Numbered from the stretch's first letter, positions 1 to 14,341 are shown. The stretch: 64,000 bases of DNA from Octopus sinensis (GCF_006345805.1 NC_043015.1:27156001-27220000), one strand, 5' to 3'. The notes: a model not told the origin generated them from the letters alone. Translations and numbers: made by a program.

Positions 1-175
1 TGCCTAAGGCCAGCTGGAGACGTCGATCTCCTGGGGCTAAAAGCGTCAGTAACACCCACCCCCAGTGGCTAGCCACATTCAGATGGCTAGTACACTTTAC
101 GTTGTCGAGCGGTTACTGTTTATATCTCGTTCGGAGATTTATTAATACTTATATATAATATATTATATATATATA

Positions 176-235
<60 letters not shown>

Positions 236-245
236 CATATATGTT

Positions 246-279
<34 letters not shown>

Positions 280-304
280 TGTATGTATTTCTTTTCTTTT
301 TTTC

Positions 305-425
305 TTTTACTGGTTTCAGTCATTTGACTGCGGCCATGCTGGAGCACCGCCTTTAGTCGAGCAAATCGACCCTGGGACTTATTCTTTGTAAGCCCAGTAT
401 TTATTCTATCGGTCTCTTTTGCCGA
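305..425 (-). mobile_element. SINE family A, 3' half
   Basis: Nearly identical to 2270-2390 (GTTTCAGTCATTTGACTGCGGCCATGCTGGAGCACCGCC...TTTTGCCGAA); bounded by (TATG)n on both sides. Confidence 0.8.
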
Positions 426-469
426 ATGTATGTATGTATGTATGTATGTATGTATATTTGTATGTATCG

Positions 470-700
470 TATTTCAACATCTGGCAAGGTACTTGGGGGA
501 ACCGTTGTAATGATCCAGCCTGCATCAGGAAACCCTTCTGTCCTAGTTGGAGGAACACTACAGAAAATGGTAGACAAATTTGTTGACCTGGACAACACAC
601 TCAGTTGTTATTGTCCCTTGGATGACGAAATAGCTTTAAGGCTTCAGAAGGCAACTGATTACTTCAGGGACTTTGTCACCTAACACACGGTATTGCAAGG
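470..700 (+). pseudogene. RTE-type LINE RT fragment
   Basis: Translation KMVDKFVDLDNTLSCYCPLDDEIALRLQKATDYF resembles the RTE post-YADD segment (V.KF.YLGS.LS....LD.EI..RI.KA...F). Confidence 0.5.
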
Positions 701-952
701 CAAACAAAAGTAGCTGTGTACTATGTGTGTTGTGCTAACGTCTCTCCTTTACTCATGTAACACATGGACCCTTTACGTCTGACATACATTTTCATGTTGG
801 CAGGGGGATAACATTTTGAGCATCGAAGTGATGGGGGTATTTGCATAAATATTACTTGGATAAACTCGGGTATTAAAAAAATTTTAATCCAACTGTAATA
901 TATAAATGTATCATACATACACACACATACGCATATGTGTGTGTGTGTGTGT

Positions 953-1008
<56 letters not shown>

Positions 1009-1185
1009 GCTGTCTGTCTTCAACGAGAAAACTCACCACACAAGTTGAAGTCCCTGGTCAAGAATATTAGTCGCTGAGCGGGAAGATATTAAAACATTGT
1101 CTGGAGTTTATGGGAAGATTTTAATGAAAAATGAAAAATTTAATTTTGTGTGTGTGTGTGTGTGTGTACGTGTGTGTGTGTGTAC

Positions 1186-1217
<32 letters not shown>

Positions 1218-1389
1218 TTCTGTGTGAGTCTGTGTGTCTGTGCGTTTGCTTGCTTGTGTGTGCGTGTGTGTGCGTATGTTAGTATTTGGTAAGCAGAACG
1301 CTGCCTTTCCGCAGGTGTATTCACGAGCTCTTTGTCCATAGTGATGAAGGAGCCTTTATGAAGTCACTCGATAATTTAGAAATAGCAGC

Positions 1390-1391
1390 AA

Positions 1392-1429
<38 letters not shown>

Positions 1430-1500
1430 TTATTATTACTACTACTACCACTACTACTACCACTGCTACTATCACTACTACTGCAGCTGCTGCTGCTGCA
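1390..1500. repeat. Compound (CTA)n/(CTG)n trinucleotide repeat
   Basis: Direct reading. Confidence 0.9.
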
Positions 1501-1992
1501 GGTGTAGACCAACCAGTTACAATGCCAAAATTTTATTTTGCTTTAATATTGGAAACCTTATTGAACTGAAAATATGGTCTTTGTTAACACCGCTTACAGA
1601 TTCTATGGAATTATATACATACACAAACAAATATATATATATATGCGTGTGTGTCTACATGTGTATGCATACTTATATGTGTGTATATAAATAAATAAAA
1701 ATATCGTTATTATGTATTACGATATAACGGTACACTGCATATGTGAATATAATGTGTTAAATATTACGTTAAGTATAGTTATAAATAATCATGTTATTGT
1801 GTATTTATATATGTTTCTTTATATATAATTACATCTATATGTATAAATGTGTGTGTATGTGTATGTGTGTAGGTGTACGTATGCGTGTATATATAGAGAA
1901 AGCACTTTCTACTTCACCCTTTCTTTTTCTTTGTATATACACATATTTATATTACCCATACACGTACATAAATATATAATATATATATAGAC

Positions 1993-2067
<75 letters not shown>

Positions 2068-2084
2068 GATAGAGATACATGTAT

Positions 2085-2151
<67 letters not shown>

Positions 2152-2200
2152 ACATATGTATGTATGCATGTATGTATGTATGCATGTATGTGCGTGCGTA

Positions 2201-2243
<43 letters not shown>

Positions 2244-2261
2244 CTCTTTCTCTTTTTTTTT

Positions 2262-2665
2262 CACTTTTACTTGTTTCAGTTATTTGACTGCGGCCATGCT
2301 GGAGCACCGCCTTTAGTCGAGCAAATCGACCTCGGGACTTATTCTTTGTAAGCCCAGTACTTATTCTATCGGTCTCTTTTGCCGAACCGCTAGGTGACGG
2401 GGACGTAAACACACCAGCATCTGTTGTCAAGCAATCCTAGGGAGACAAACACAAACACACAAACACATACACATACATACATATACATATATACATATAT
2501 ACGACGGGCTTCTTTCAGTTTCCGTCTACCAAATCCACTCACAAGGCATTGGTCAGCCCGGGGCTATAGCAGAAGACAGTTGCCCAAGATGCCACGCAGT
2601 GGGACTGAACCCGGAACCATGTGGCTGGTTAGCAAGCTACTTACCACACAGTCACTCCTGCGCTT
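2262..2665 (-). mobile_element. SINE family A, full length (tRNA-derived head, internal microsatellite, 3' half)
   Basis: Minus strand begins GCGCAGGAGTGACTGTGTGGTAAGTAGC (A-box-like) ...GGTTCAGTCCC (B-box-like), then CTTGGGCAAC..CCTTGTGAGTGGATTTGGTAGACGGAAACTGAAAGAAGCCCGTCGT; at least 8 copies or parts in the window. Confidence 0.8.
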
Positions 2666-3011
2666 ATGCCACTCCTGCGGCTATATATATAGTATATATA
2701 TAATATGTGTGTATGTGTGTAGATGTATGTGTATTTATATATATGTGCGTATATGTGTGAGTGTGTGCGTGTAGATATATGTGTATGTATGTATATATAT
2801 GTACATATAACTATCTATCTATCTATATATATATATATATATATCATATAATATCTTTTATACATGAGTATTATATTTAAATGTATGCAGTGTACCATTA
2901 TATATACATGTCTACATACACACACACATAAACACACACTCACACACGTATATATAGTAATAGAGACAACCATCCACAAATATATCTACACAATATAAAA
3001 TAATATATATG

Positions 3012-3045
<34 letters not shown>

Positions 3046-3394
3046 CAAATATATATATATATTATATACATATATTATATATATATTATATATATACTAT
3101 ATATATACATATTTATATACACATATATATATATTCATACACGTATACATATTCATACATATGTGTATATATATACATACTCCACACGCATATGTCTATA
3201 CACACACACACACAGATATATATCACAGTTAAAGAATAACATGAAAAGAATTTCGTAATAACATTTCATGAATTTTAACGATATTTTTTGTGTTTATGTT
3301 GTTGTCCTTCTTTGCTGGTTTTTTATTGCTATTGTTTGTCTTTTCTTGTTTTATTTTGCCACATAATGTGACTCGTCAGTGGAAAACAATAGCA

Positions 3395-3530
3395 GCAACA
3401 CATACAACAACAACGAAAGTTTAATAACATCATCATCATCAATAGCACCATGTACAACATCACCAATATAAACGTCAACAACAACAACAACGTTAGCAAT
3501 AACAATATCAACAATGTCAATTACATACGA

Positions 3531-3563
<33 letters not shown>

Positions 3564-4075
3564 TAGCAGCACTAATAACAGGAACCAAAACAACAAAATC
3601 AATTGAAACAACAACCACAACTATCGAACCCTCCTTTTTTTCTTCTCCTCTTCCCGCCCCTCTCTCTTCTAGGCTCCCTGTCCTTACTCTCCGTTCCCTT
3701 CTTCTCTTCATCTCCCCTTCCCCGTCTCTCTCTCTCTCTTCTAGGCTCCTCTGTACTTACCATTCACTCCCTCTTTCTCTTCCTCTCCCCTCCCCATCTC
3801 TCTCTTCCAGGCTTCTTCGTCCTTATTCTCCGTTCCTTCCTTTTCTTCCTTTCCCCCTCCCCTCCCTCTCCTTCTTACAGATTCCCCTATCCTTAATCTC
3901 CGTTCCCTCCTCTTCCTTTCCTCGTTTTCCTTCTCTCTGTTCCTCTCTCTCTCTCTCTCTCAGTCTCCCCATATCCTTTCTCTCCCTCTCACCCGTTTCC
4001 TATCTTTCTCTCTCTTTCCCTCTTCCTTCCTATTTCATATCTCCTTCTTTCTTTGTCTCTTTTTTTCTTCCTCCA
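3395..4075. repeat. (CAA)/(CAG)-rich tract followed by a ~450-bp polypyrimidine (CT-rich) tract
   Basis: Direct reading. Confidence 0.85.
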
Positions 4076-4330
4076 TTTCATTCCCTCTTTTCTTCTTTAT
4101 TTTCTTCTGTCACGGTTGGCCAGGTTTAAAAACTTTTATTTTTTTTCTCTTAGCTTTTTGTTTGACTTTTGTTTATTTTTATTTTATTTATTTATCTTGT
4201 TAACTTTTAGCTTTCATCCTTCTGGAATCGATAAAATCGACTGGCATCCTTTCCCCCACCCCACACCCCACACGCAAATATCAGGTCACGTGGTTGACTG
4301 GCAGAACCAATAGTGTGTCGGAGAGAAAGG

Positions 4331-5760
<1,430 letters not shown>

Positions 5761-6617
5761 CTTCCTCTCAAATCTGATGTCATTGTGCCAAATTTAGAAA
5801 CAGTAGTATTAGTAGTAGTAGTAGTAGTAGTAGTAGTAAGGTCTCAGTCCTTTACAAAGACAGAAAAACTGCGGCCGGTGGTGAATGAATCCAAATCTAG
5901 AATTCGGTAGTTCACGGGGAGTATACAGTTTCTCCTTTGTCCCCATATTTTCAACTCTGCTCAGGCCCAGGGTGGTAGTAAATGCCAAAGGCTCTAGTTA
6001 TAGGCTGAACCGAAGAAGATAACCCAAGGCTAAAGTATAAAGAACTCAGAAGATGGCTGACGCCTAGATAGATGTCATACTCGCCCAGGGATGCATAGAC
6101 ATGCTTCGATGCCACGTGAACCCGTTCATTTGCCCCGTGCAACAAAGAAGCTTGGACAAACAAGAGATTAGAAGACTGAATTGCAAATAAGCCAGCGAAA
6201 GTCAGTGAGGGATATTTGCTATGGTTCCCCACCCCACAAAAAACATAGTGAATCGTCAAACATTGAAAAAGAGTTTCCTCATCAGCGATATCTGTAAGTA
6301 GGAGAATTAAAATTTCACCCTTGCCGGGAAGATGAGGGTCATTGACCTGAGTGATAGTCCTCTTACTCAGGCAACATCTTTTCTGTCATTTCTTCACGTA
6401 ATAAATAACTACTGACACTGTCTTTCACATCAACACTATGCCCTCGGAGTTGCTTGTTTGTGTCATATTCTTAACAAACACACCCGTAAATTCGTTTCCC
6501 AGACCTTCCTTTCACTGAAAGTCAGATGGAGTAAATAGAAAATAACGTATTTTTTTATGATGCTAATAAGTAACATTTGGGCTAAAATTAGCAGCTATAT
6601 CCCTCTCAAATACCACC

Positions 6618-6665
<48 letters not shown>

Positions 6666-6679
6666 GTGTATATGTATAT

Positions 6680-6744
<65 letters not shown>

Positions 6745-7369
6745 TATATATATATGAGATAATGTAGTCCTTATTGACGATGCCTGAAAAAGAAAAAATG
6801 GAATGTGTTCATGGTTGGGATATCTTTGAGCATAAACCTGTCTCGATCATGACTTGAAGTTCGTCAATAACAGTTTCTTTGTTATTGCTATCTTTGTAGT
6901 AGTTATTGTTGTTGCCAGACAGTAAAAACATTGCGAGTGAGAGGTGTCAACTGATGCGACAGACCGTGAAACTGTGTATTTGTGCCGTCACAAAATGCCT
7001 GATCTTCTCAATTCCGATATTTGGTTATAGATTTAATTTCTTTTGATGAAATATTTTTTGTAGGAAGCAATAAAACTTGCTCTGTCCGCTTGATTTTCCT
7101 CTCAATTTTTGGACAGTTTTATCGGAACGGTCTTGTCGCCGCCATTGTGAACAACAGAATAAATAAAATACAAGAATTTTATTTATTTATTTGTTTATTT
7201 TTAGAAATATTATTTCTTGTCTGCAGGGTGTCTTTTATCCTTTATTTCTGTTTTTATTTGATAAAAATATTTTTTAAATATTTAAAAAACGTATTTAAAA
7301 CAGTTGTTTTCCCTCACAAAAATGGTTCTCCGTCGGTTTCGACGCTGAGCGTTCTAAATAGTTGATCAA

Positions 7370-7640
7370 CCAAGCTAGCTACTCATACAGGGTAGAATTA
7401 GCATGTTAATGGATGAGTATTCCACAGATACGTGCAGCTTGAACATGAATTATTAATCAGGATCAGATACAATGTGACGAGGCGGACCTTTGAATACAAT
7501 AATTTGCCAGGCTTCGCCATAGTTTCCGTCGACCTACGTTCACCAACTAAACTTAGATCACGCCGGAGTTAGAGTAAAGAACATTACGATGTCATGCAAT
7601 AGGATCGAACCCACAACCTCAGGACTGCGATGTGTACTTG
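7370..7640 (-). mobile_element. SINE family C (decayed)
   Basis: Similar to 19900-20175 (GAGTATTCCAC...TGTGACGAGGC/TGTGACAAGGC); tRNA-like head at the right end on the minus strand (GGTTGTGGGTTCGATCC). Confidence 0.5.
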
Positions 7641-8450
7641 TTAACCCTTCAGCCATTTATCCCTCACAGTAATTCAATATGATTTTTAATCGTGACACAT
7701 CAGATGCTGTAGTTTTAGATACTCCTAAGATTGGATGGATACAGCTGGAATAAGTTTGATTAATGGTCTGTTCGATCAGGGATGACTTAGAACTCGTTAA
7801 CAGCAAAGGCGAGTCGGGAAAAATGTTTCGCAGCATTCTTCTGATTTTTTATGTATTGAGATAAAATCCATTCCATGTCAACTTTCCAGATCAATAGACA
7901 CCAGCTATATACTGAGGTCGATGTAATCGATTAGTCCCTCCAACTAAAAGTACCAAATTCGGAAACCCTATATTTTGTAATAACTCTCGGGGTCTTGAAT
8001 TCGGACAAAAAGAAAAAACAATTTTATTGGAAAGATTCTTTAATCGATGCCATCAACCCCTAGTATTTTACTGGTACTTTTTATTATATTTAACCCAGAT
8101 ATGAAAAACATTGTTGACCACAGGTTCTCATAGCCCCGGGGTCGATAAGTTAGAGACACAATTAAATACTGAGATCGATATAATGGACAAACTTTCTGGC
8201 TTGGTACCCATATTACATATAATTATTACTGTACAGAAAAGTTTAACCGAAAACCGAGTTTTGGGATTCCTGTTTTCCAGTCATTTCTGGCGACACCACG
8301 TCTTACTTCTTTTCCAAACATGTTTTGATATAAAAACAACTGGCATTGTTTTATTTTCTCGTTTCATTAGATATATTTTTATACTTGTTTGGCAGAACAG
8401 AATATATAGAACTCAGCACATTTTATATATATATATATACGCTTATAATT

Positions 8451-8482
<32 letters not shown>

Positions 8483-8541
8483 TATTAGTGAATTGAAGAA
8501 ATGGAGTTGAACGAAGATTGAACAGAAATCGTTTTATTGCA

Positions 8542-8621
8542 TTCTACACGTGTTTCGAAAGGCACAATTTACCAAATTCCGATTGAATAAGGAGACCATA
8601 TTGTGTCTTTCTCTTCAGGAA
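8542..8621 (-). ncRNA. Type-I hammerhead ribozyme motif (mirror copy in P1 left arm)
   Basis: Reverse complement of 9592-9671. Confidence 0.75.
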
Positions 8622-9591
8622 GAAATAGGAAATCCGTTGGAAAAAACAAAAACAGAACAGAGGCGGAGCAAAACAAATCGAACGAGGCTCCTAAGAGCCC
8701 ATGGCTAAACTGTTTATCAATGTATGTTGAGAACGGGTGGTGGGTGCGTTGAAGATTTTAACGGGTCAGGCAGCGGTCATTCCGGTGGGTGAGAGCACGG
8801 AGTGCTTAGATGTTCTTTGTGACCGAGACTAGAGTTCTGACTATTTAAAGAATATTAGGTGTATTATATGGGGCGAGGTAAACTCTACTTAGAAACATGT
8901 GTGTGTGTACTGTTCTATATATGCGCAGCCGCAAGTTGGTAAGAGGCGCTACACTCTGGTCACTGCTGAGAAATCCGTCAGGGGGTAGAAAATATTTTAT
9001 ATGTTCGTATGTGCGTTTGATCGCGCGGCCGTCAGTTGGTAAACAGCCCTACACAATGGTCATTGCTGTAAAATCTGTCGGGCGGCAGAAAAATATTTTA
9101 TGTGTGCGCACACATAAATATTTTTCTGCCGCCCGACAGATTTTACAGCAATGACCATTGTGTAGGGCTGTTTACCAACTGCGGCCGCGCGATCAAACGC
9201 ACATACGAACATATAAAATATTTTCTACCCCCTGACGGATTTCTCAGCAGTGACCAGAGTGTAGCGCTTCTTACCAACTTGCGGCTGCGCATATATAGAA
9301 CAGTACACACACACATGTTTCTAAGTAGAGTTTACCTCGCCCCATATAATACACCTAATATTCTTTAAATAGTCAGAACTCTAGTCTCGGTCACAAAGAA
9401 CATCTAAGCACCCCGTGCTCTCACCCACCGGAATGACCGCTGCCTGACCCGTTAAAATCTTCAACGCACCCACCACCCGTTCTCAACATACATTGATAAA
9501 CAGTTTGACCATGGGCTCTTAGGAGCCTCGTTCGATTTGTTTTGCTCCGCCTCTGTTCTGTTTTTGTTTTTTCCAACGGATTTCCTATTTC

Positions 9592-9671
9592 TTCCTGAAG
9601 AGAAAGACACAATATGGTCTCCTTATTCAATCGGAATTTGGTAAATTGTGCCTTTCGAAACACGTGTAGAA
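9592..9671 (+). ncRNA. Type-I hammerhead ribozyme motif, canonical core
   Basis: Stem I TTC/GAA; CTGAAGA 9595-9601; stem II GAAAGACAC/GTGCCTTTC (8 of 9 pairs); GAA 9657-9659; palindromic stem III ACACGTGT; GUA cleavage triplet ending 9668; AATAAA at 9675. Confidence 0.8.
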
Positions 9672-9911
9672 TGCAATAAAACGATTTCTGTTCAATCTTC
9701 GTTCAACTCCATTTCTTCAATTCACTAATAATATTAAAATTCAATTATCCGCACCAACGCACGGTTGCAACACCATATGGTTGTACCTCCAACCGTGCTG
9801 TCTTCTGCTGTGATTTTTGCTACCAAGGTATCGGTTAAACTTTTGATTAATCTGCAACAAGATTATTCATCTTTCTATTTCACAAAATATATATATATAA
9901 TATATATATAT

Positions 9912-9971
<60 letters not shown>

Positions 9972-10189
9972 GTATGTAGGTATGTATGTATGCATATAAA
10001 TATATGTATTATGTATGTATATATATATATATAATATATATATATATGTTACGGAGATGTACTTGCATAGCAAGTGATTTGATCTGAGATCGTGCGCTGA
10101 AACGAAAACAATTGCAGCGTGGAAGGTGTTTGTAAGCCATTTAAGAAACACACAAAAGCCGTTCGATTCACTTCAACATTTAAGTTTAA

Positions 10190-10240
10190 TTTGTCAAAAT
10201 ATTTTCGTCGCTTTCAGACCGCGACCTGTTCACTGACAAA
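10190..10240 (-). ncRNA. Hammerhead variant (G3:C8), mirror copy
   Basis: Reverse complement of 10392-10442; the two arm differences lie in loop II. Confidence 0.6.
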
Positions 10241-10391
10241 AATCCGTGCTGCTTTGGAAGCAAAGTTTACTCTTACTAAATCCAAGCTTCTATCAACCTT
10301 CTCTAATTACACCCAAAGGCATATACAAGAATGATCAATAAATAAGACCCACGTTCTTGACACCAAAATTAAGAGGGATGCAGCACGGATT

Positions 10392-10442
10392 TTTGTCAGT
10401 GAACAGGTCGCCGTCTTAAAGCGACGAAAATATTTTGACAAA
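10392..10442 (+). ncRNA. Hammerhead variant (G3:C8 core)
   Basis: 7-bp stem I TTTGTCA/TGACAAA; core GTGAACA plus an extra G; stem II GTCGC/GCGAC; GAA; palindromic stem III AATATT; UUU triplet. Confidence 0.6.
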
Positions 10443-10531
10443 TTAAACTTAAATGTTGAAGTGAATCGAACGGCTTTTGTGTGTTTCTTAAATGGCTTAC
10501 AAACACCTTCCACGCTGCAATTGTATATATA

Positions 10532-10598
<67 letters not shown>

Positions 10599-10639
10599 AT
10601 ATTATGTATGTATTTATCTATGTATCTATATATGTATAT

Positions 10640-12875
10640 ATTAACTTACGTAGATATGTTTCGACCAAAGATTGATCCAGGCCATGTCTAACTTAATAGC
10701 ACCACCTGAAGGATTATCTAAATCCTGTTTAAGTCAAGTTTTGTTTATGATCCATTCAAGTAGTGAGTTCGTGTTGATTGAGTTGTAACCAAGTATGGGT
10801 GGCTTATCCGGTATTCCTTGAAATAAATCTGTCCAGACTCCGTTCAAAGGTGATGGGATCCTTTTCCTCTTTGATCTCTTTTGGGACAATGTTAAACAGG
10901 GCAGGGCCTGTTGAGGAAAAGAAATTGTGTCGCAGTGTACCTATATGTTGTGATCCTCAATTGGGCAGGGGACGTATAGCCTGTGGTCCCAGCTTTGGAT
11001 GGATTTTGAAACTAATGTTCAGGTCATTTGGGTAATATGCTGGCGGTATATTCTTCACAAGGCGGCGAGCTGGCAGAAACGTTAGCACGCCGGGCGAAAT
11101 TCTTAGCGGTATTTCCTCTGCGTTACGTTGTGAGTTCAAATTCTGCCGAAGTCGACTTTGCCTGTCATCCTTTCGGGGTCGATAAATTAAGTACCAGTTA
11201 CGCACTGGGGGTCGATGTAATCGACTTAATACCTATGTCTGTCCTTGTTTGTCCGCAGTGTGTTTAGCCCCTTGTGGGTAATAAAGAAATAGGTATATTC
11301 TTCACACTGTACAAATGAATTACCGCTCGCGGCGATGCTGGAGTGAGTAGAGTTTCAAGGCTTTAAGGCGATCGCAAAAACCGAGGTCAGTCTTGCCTTC
11401 AATTCGTTTACAGAGTGCCCTCTGGGGTAATTCAATCTTCGAGATGTTTTGTTTTGTATGGGGAGACCACAAGAAGCAGTAGGATTCGAGGTATGGCCGT
11501 ACAAGGGAGGAGAAAAGTGGAATGATGGCACTTGTTCTCTGAACCGGAAGGTTCTTAAGATCCAGGAGCTCATCCTACGAGCTATATCGACTTTAGTGTT
11601 GATGTGGGCACTCCAACTGAGATATTTGTCTACAATTATACCAAGGTCTCTGATATTATTAGATGCCGTGAGCGGTTCTCTTGAAGGAAGAGAGTATGGC
11701 TATTTTAGTATAGACTTTCTTCCAAAATGCATCAGCTCAAGTTTTCCCTCGTTTAGTTGCATTTTGTTTTTGTCTGCCCATTGACTCATCGCATATAGAT
11801 CAGACTGGAGTTGAGTTCGGTCTTCTTCTTCATTGGTGATTTACTGGAGCTTAGTGTCATCAGCAAATATGTTCACTTTGCAGTGATTTACGACGCTGGA
11901 AAGGTCATTTATGTAAATTATAAAGAGGAGCGGGCCCAAGACAGTCCCCTGAGGGACATCACTGGTGCCTTTTGCTGGGCTTGAGTGGATTCCATAAACC
12001 ACAACATGTTGTATTCTATTCGGCAGGAAATACTTAATCCAGTGTAGAGGTTTTCCATGGATTCCAATATTTGCCAATTTTGAGAGTAAGATATTATGGT
12101 CAACCCTGTCGAACGCTTTACTAAAGTCAAGATATATGACATCAGACTTCGAACCTGTTCCCAAGGCTTTAAGTATATCTTCAATGTGGTCTAAGAGCTA
12201 TGTTAGACAGGTCTTTCCACAGCGAATGCCATGCTGATTTGCATTTAGGAGTTTGTGGATCTTCAGGAAGTCAGCTATCCTTGATCTTACCACTCTTTAA
12301 AACACTTTAATGATGTAGGAGATGAGTAAGATTGGGCGATAGTTGATTGCGAAGGATCTGTTTCCCTGCTTGAAAACTAGGATGACAGACTGGGCTAGGA
12401 CCTGTTTCAGTATATAATCTGAGTCTAAAGAATTTCTCCAGAGGTTGGTCAGAGGGACTGTAAGTTGGTGTCTACATTCCTTCAGGAGACTAGCGGGGAT
12501 CTATCAGGGCCTACAGCAGAATAGTATTTGACCTCATTTATTGCTGCTATGATGTCTGAGGCAGTGAAGGTTATATCCGAGATTTTATTTTAGGAATCAA
12601 CTTCGTTCGCTTCTCTTACGTCAATATCAGTGGGATCACTAAAGACAGAGCAGTATTGTTTCTGCAGTATTTCTGCCATTTCTTTAGCATCGTGTTGGGG
12701 AATGCCGTTATCATCGATCAATGGCCCAATGGGTGAGACAGCAGTTCTATGCTTATTTGCATAATAATAGAACAGTTTTGGGTTCTGTTTGATGTTTTTG
12801 ATTACCCACTGTTCCTCCGCAGCTCTTTAATTTTCAATGGAGGTTTTCATGTCAGTCTGCAGGTGAAGTTTTACA
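10640..12875 (-). mobile_element. 5'-truncated, decayed CR1/L2-type LINE (ORF2 RT to 3' end)
   Basis: YLDFSKAFDRVDH, VPQGTVLGPLLF.IYINDL and IFADDTK in ORF 11841-12164; upstream NYRPI and NQHG motifs; C-terminal LDRF.QGIPDKP..NSLLEW (frameshifted); interrupted by a SINE. Confidence 0.85.
11060..11291 (+). mobile_element. SINE family B, full length, with 15-bp TSD
   Basis: A-box-like TGGCAGAAACGTTAG and B-box-like GAGTTCAAATTC; GGTATATTCTTCACA duplicated at 11045-11059 and 11292-11306. Confidence 0.9.
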
Positions 12876-12879
12876 CGTG

Positions 12880-12929
<50 letters not shown>

Positions 12930-13672
12930 GCATGTATGTATGTATGTATGTATGCATGTATATATATATGTGTGTGTATATGTATATATAGAGAGAGAGA
13001 TAGAGACAGACAGACAGACAGACAGACAGGCAGGCAGACAAAGAAACAGAGATAGATAGTTATTTGAGAGTGATTATCAATCCAGGCCTAATACTTCATA
13101 AAGCTCTCTCTCTTTCTCTCTCTCCCCTCTCCCCCTCTCTCTCTCTCCTGGTACACCAAATTAGCAATATTGTTTAGATTAAGTAAAGAACACCGCGTAG
13201 TCTTGTGGCAGGATCCAAGTTTATGTTTCATCTCCATTCTGTATTGAAAATCCGTGCTTGTCATCCATTTATACTCGTTTTGACACAAAGTCATATACAA
13301 GGGAAGCTTTAAATAATGATCACTAAATACTTTTTCTTTGTTGAAAAACAAAAAAAATGCGTATTCTGATTTGTTCTAACCAAAAATGACTCTGTTGAAA
13401 ATAGCATTGACTTTTTTTGGGCGTTCAGTTTTTCTCAACCGATCAATCGAGCGATTGAGTAAACCAATCAATAACTAACCTATCACAACTACTGGAAACA
13501 GCTGTAAGCCAAATTCACTACAATAAAGAAAAAATATGTAATAATCATCATTTATACATTGTTTTACATATATATATTACATGAAGAATTAACGACCCTC
13601 TCTGTCTTATACGCATACGTTTTTCACCTGTCGTTGTTTATTTACAATGCATTTTTTCATTTATATGTATAT

Positions 13673-13720
<48 letters not shown>

Positions 13721-13854
13721 CTTATATTCTGTTAAACACTTTGTAGTATGTTGATTAAAGCTCATCCACAGTATTCGGTTACCTAATGTCAACAGTATTG
13801 AGGTATATACCACTGGGTTTACGACAGCAATTCCTTTGCGTCCGTAGAATCTTT

Positions 13855-14288
13855 ATAAAAAATATGAGAGACAGAAAATGGAATTCACAAGACGATCGTT
13901 TCAAATCATCATGCTTTTGTACCTTACAGGTAAAGATATTGTACAATCACTTGTCATACATTACAGTTGTAGACGCCTCTGCTCAGGTGACTTTTCAAAA
14001 AGTACATTGATTTTTACTCGCCGTTTCGCTTATTTTTATAATACATTTTAGTTCCTCATGGAGACGGATAGTATATTACACGAACTAAATGTATTGTTAT
14101 GAAAATACGCGAAACGGCAAGTAAAAAACAAGGTACTTTGGAAAAGTCACCTGAGCAGACGCATCTGTAACTATAATGCATGATAAGTGATTGTACAACA
14201 TCTTCACCTGCATGATGGGTAGGAACGCCCGTAGTGTTTTTGAAAAAAGAGTTTCGTGAATTCCATTTTCTGTCTTCCATATTTTTAT
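13855..14288. mobile_element. Diverged MITE-like foldback (~190-bp arms)
   Basis: ACAGAAAATGGAATTCAC...GCTCAGGTGACTTTTC mirrored by GAAAAGTCACCTGAGC...GTGAATTCCATTTTCTGT. Confidence 0.75.
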
Positions 14289-14341
14289 TTTTATTTTATC
14301 TAGTTTCAGCTGACGAGCTGTGGCCATGCTGGGGCACCGCC

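Larger units (their letters stand above)
8479..9734. repeat. P1: spacer-less ~1.25-kb palindrome (head-to-head PLE pLTR-like arms)
   Basis: Arms of ~628 bp are reverse complements around the centre TGTGTGC|GCACACA (9107/9108); about 5 differences noticed; left end abuts (TA)n. Confidence 0.95.
10108..10524. repeat. P2: inverted repeat, 145-bp arms and 127-bp spacer, between (TA)n tracts
   Basis: 10108-10252 is the reverse complement of 10380-10524; ORF-track entries 10119+ and 10307- share their first ~40 aa. Confidence 0.95.

Noticed and set aside
1286-1507. Leu-rich ORF with a good-looking splice acceptor (CCTTTCCGCAG)
   Set aside because: The unique-looking part matches repeat family D in reverse (GGAGCC...TCACTCGA...TAGAAATAGCAGC) and the rest is (CTA)n
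2590-2665. tRNA gene
   Set aside because: A/B-box-like motifs continue into SINE body sequence with no complete cloverleaf; the same applies to the other SINE heads
8960-9100. CTGAGAA...GAAAATATTTT inside the P1 central repeats
   Set aside because: Resembles the P2 stem III, but the core is unpaired at 3:8 and stems I/II do not form
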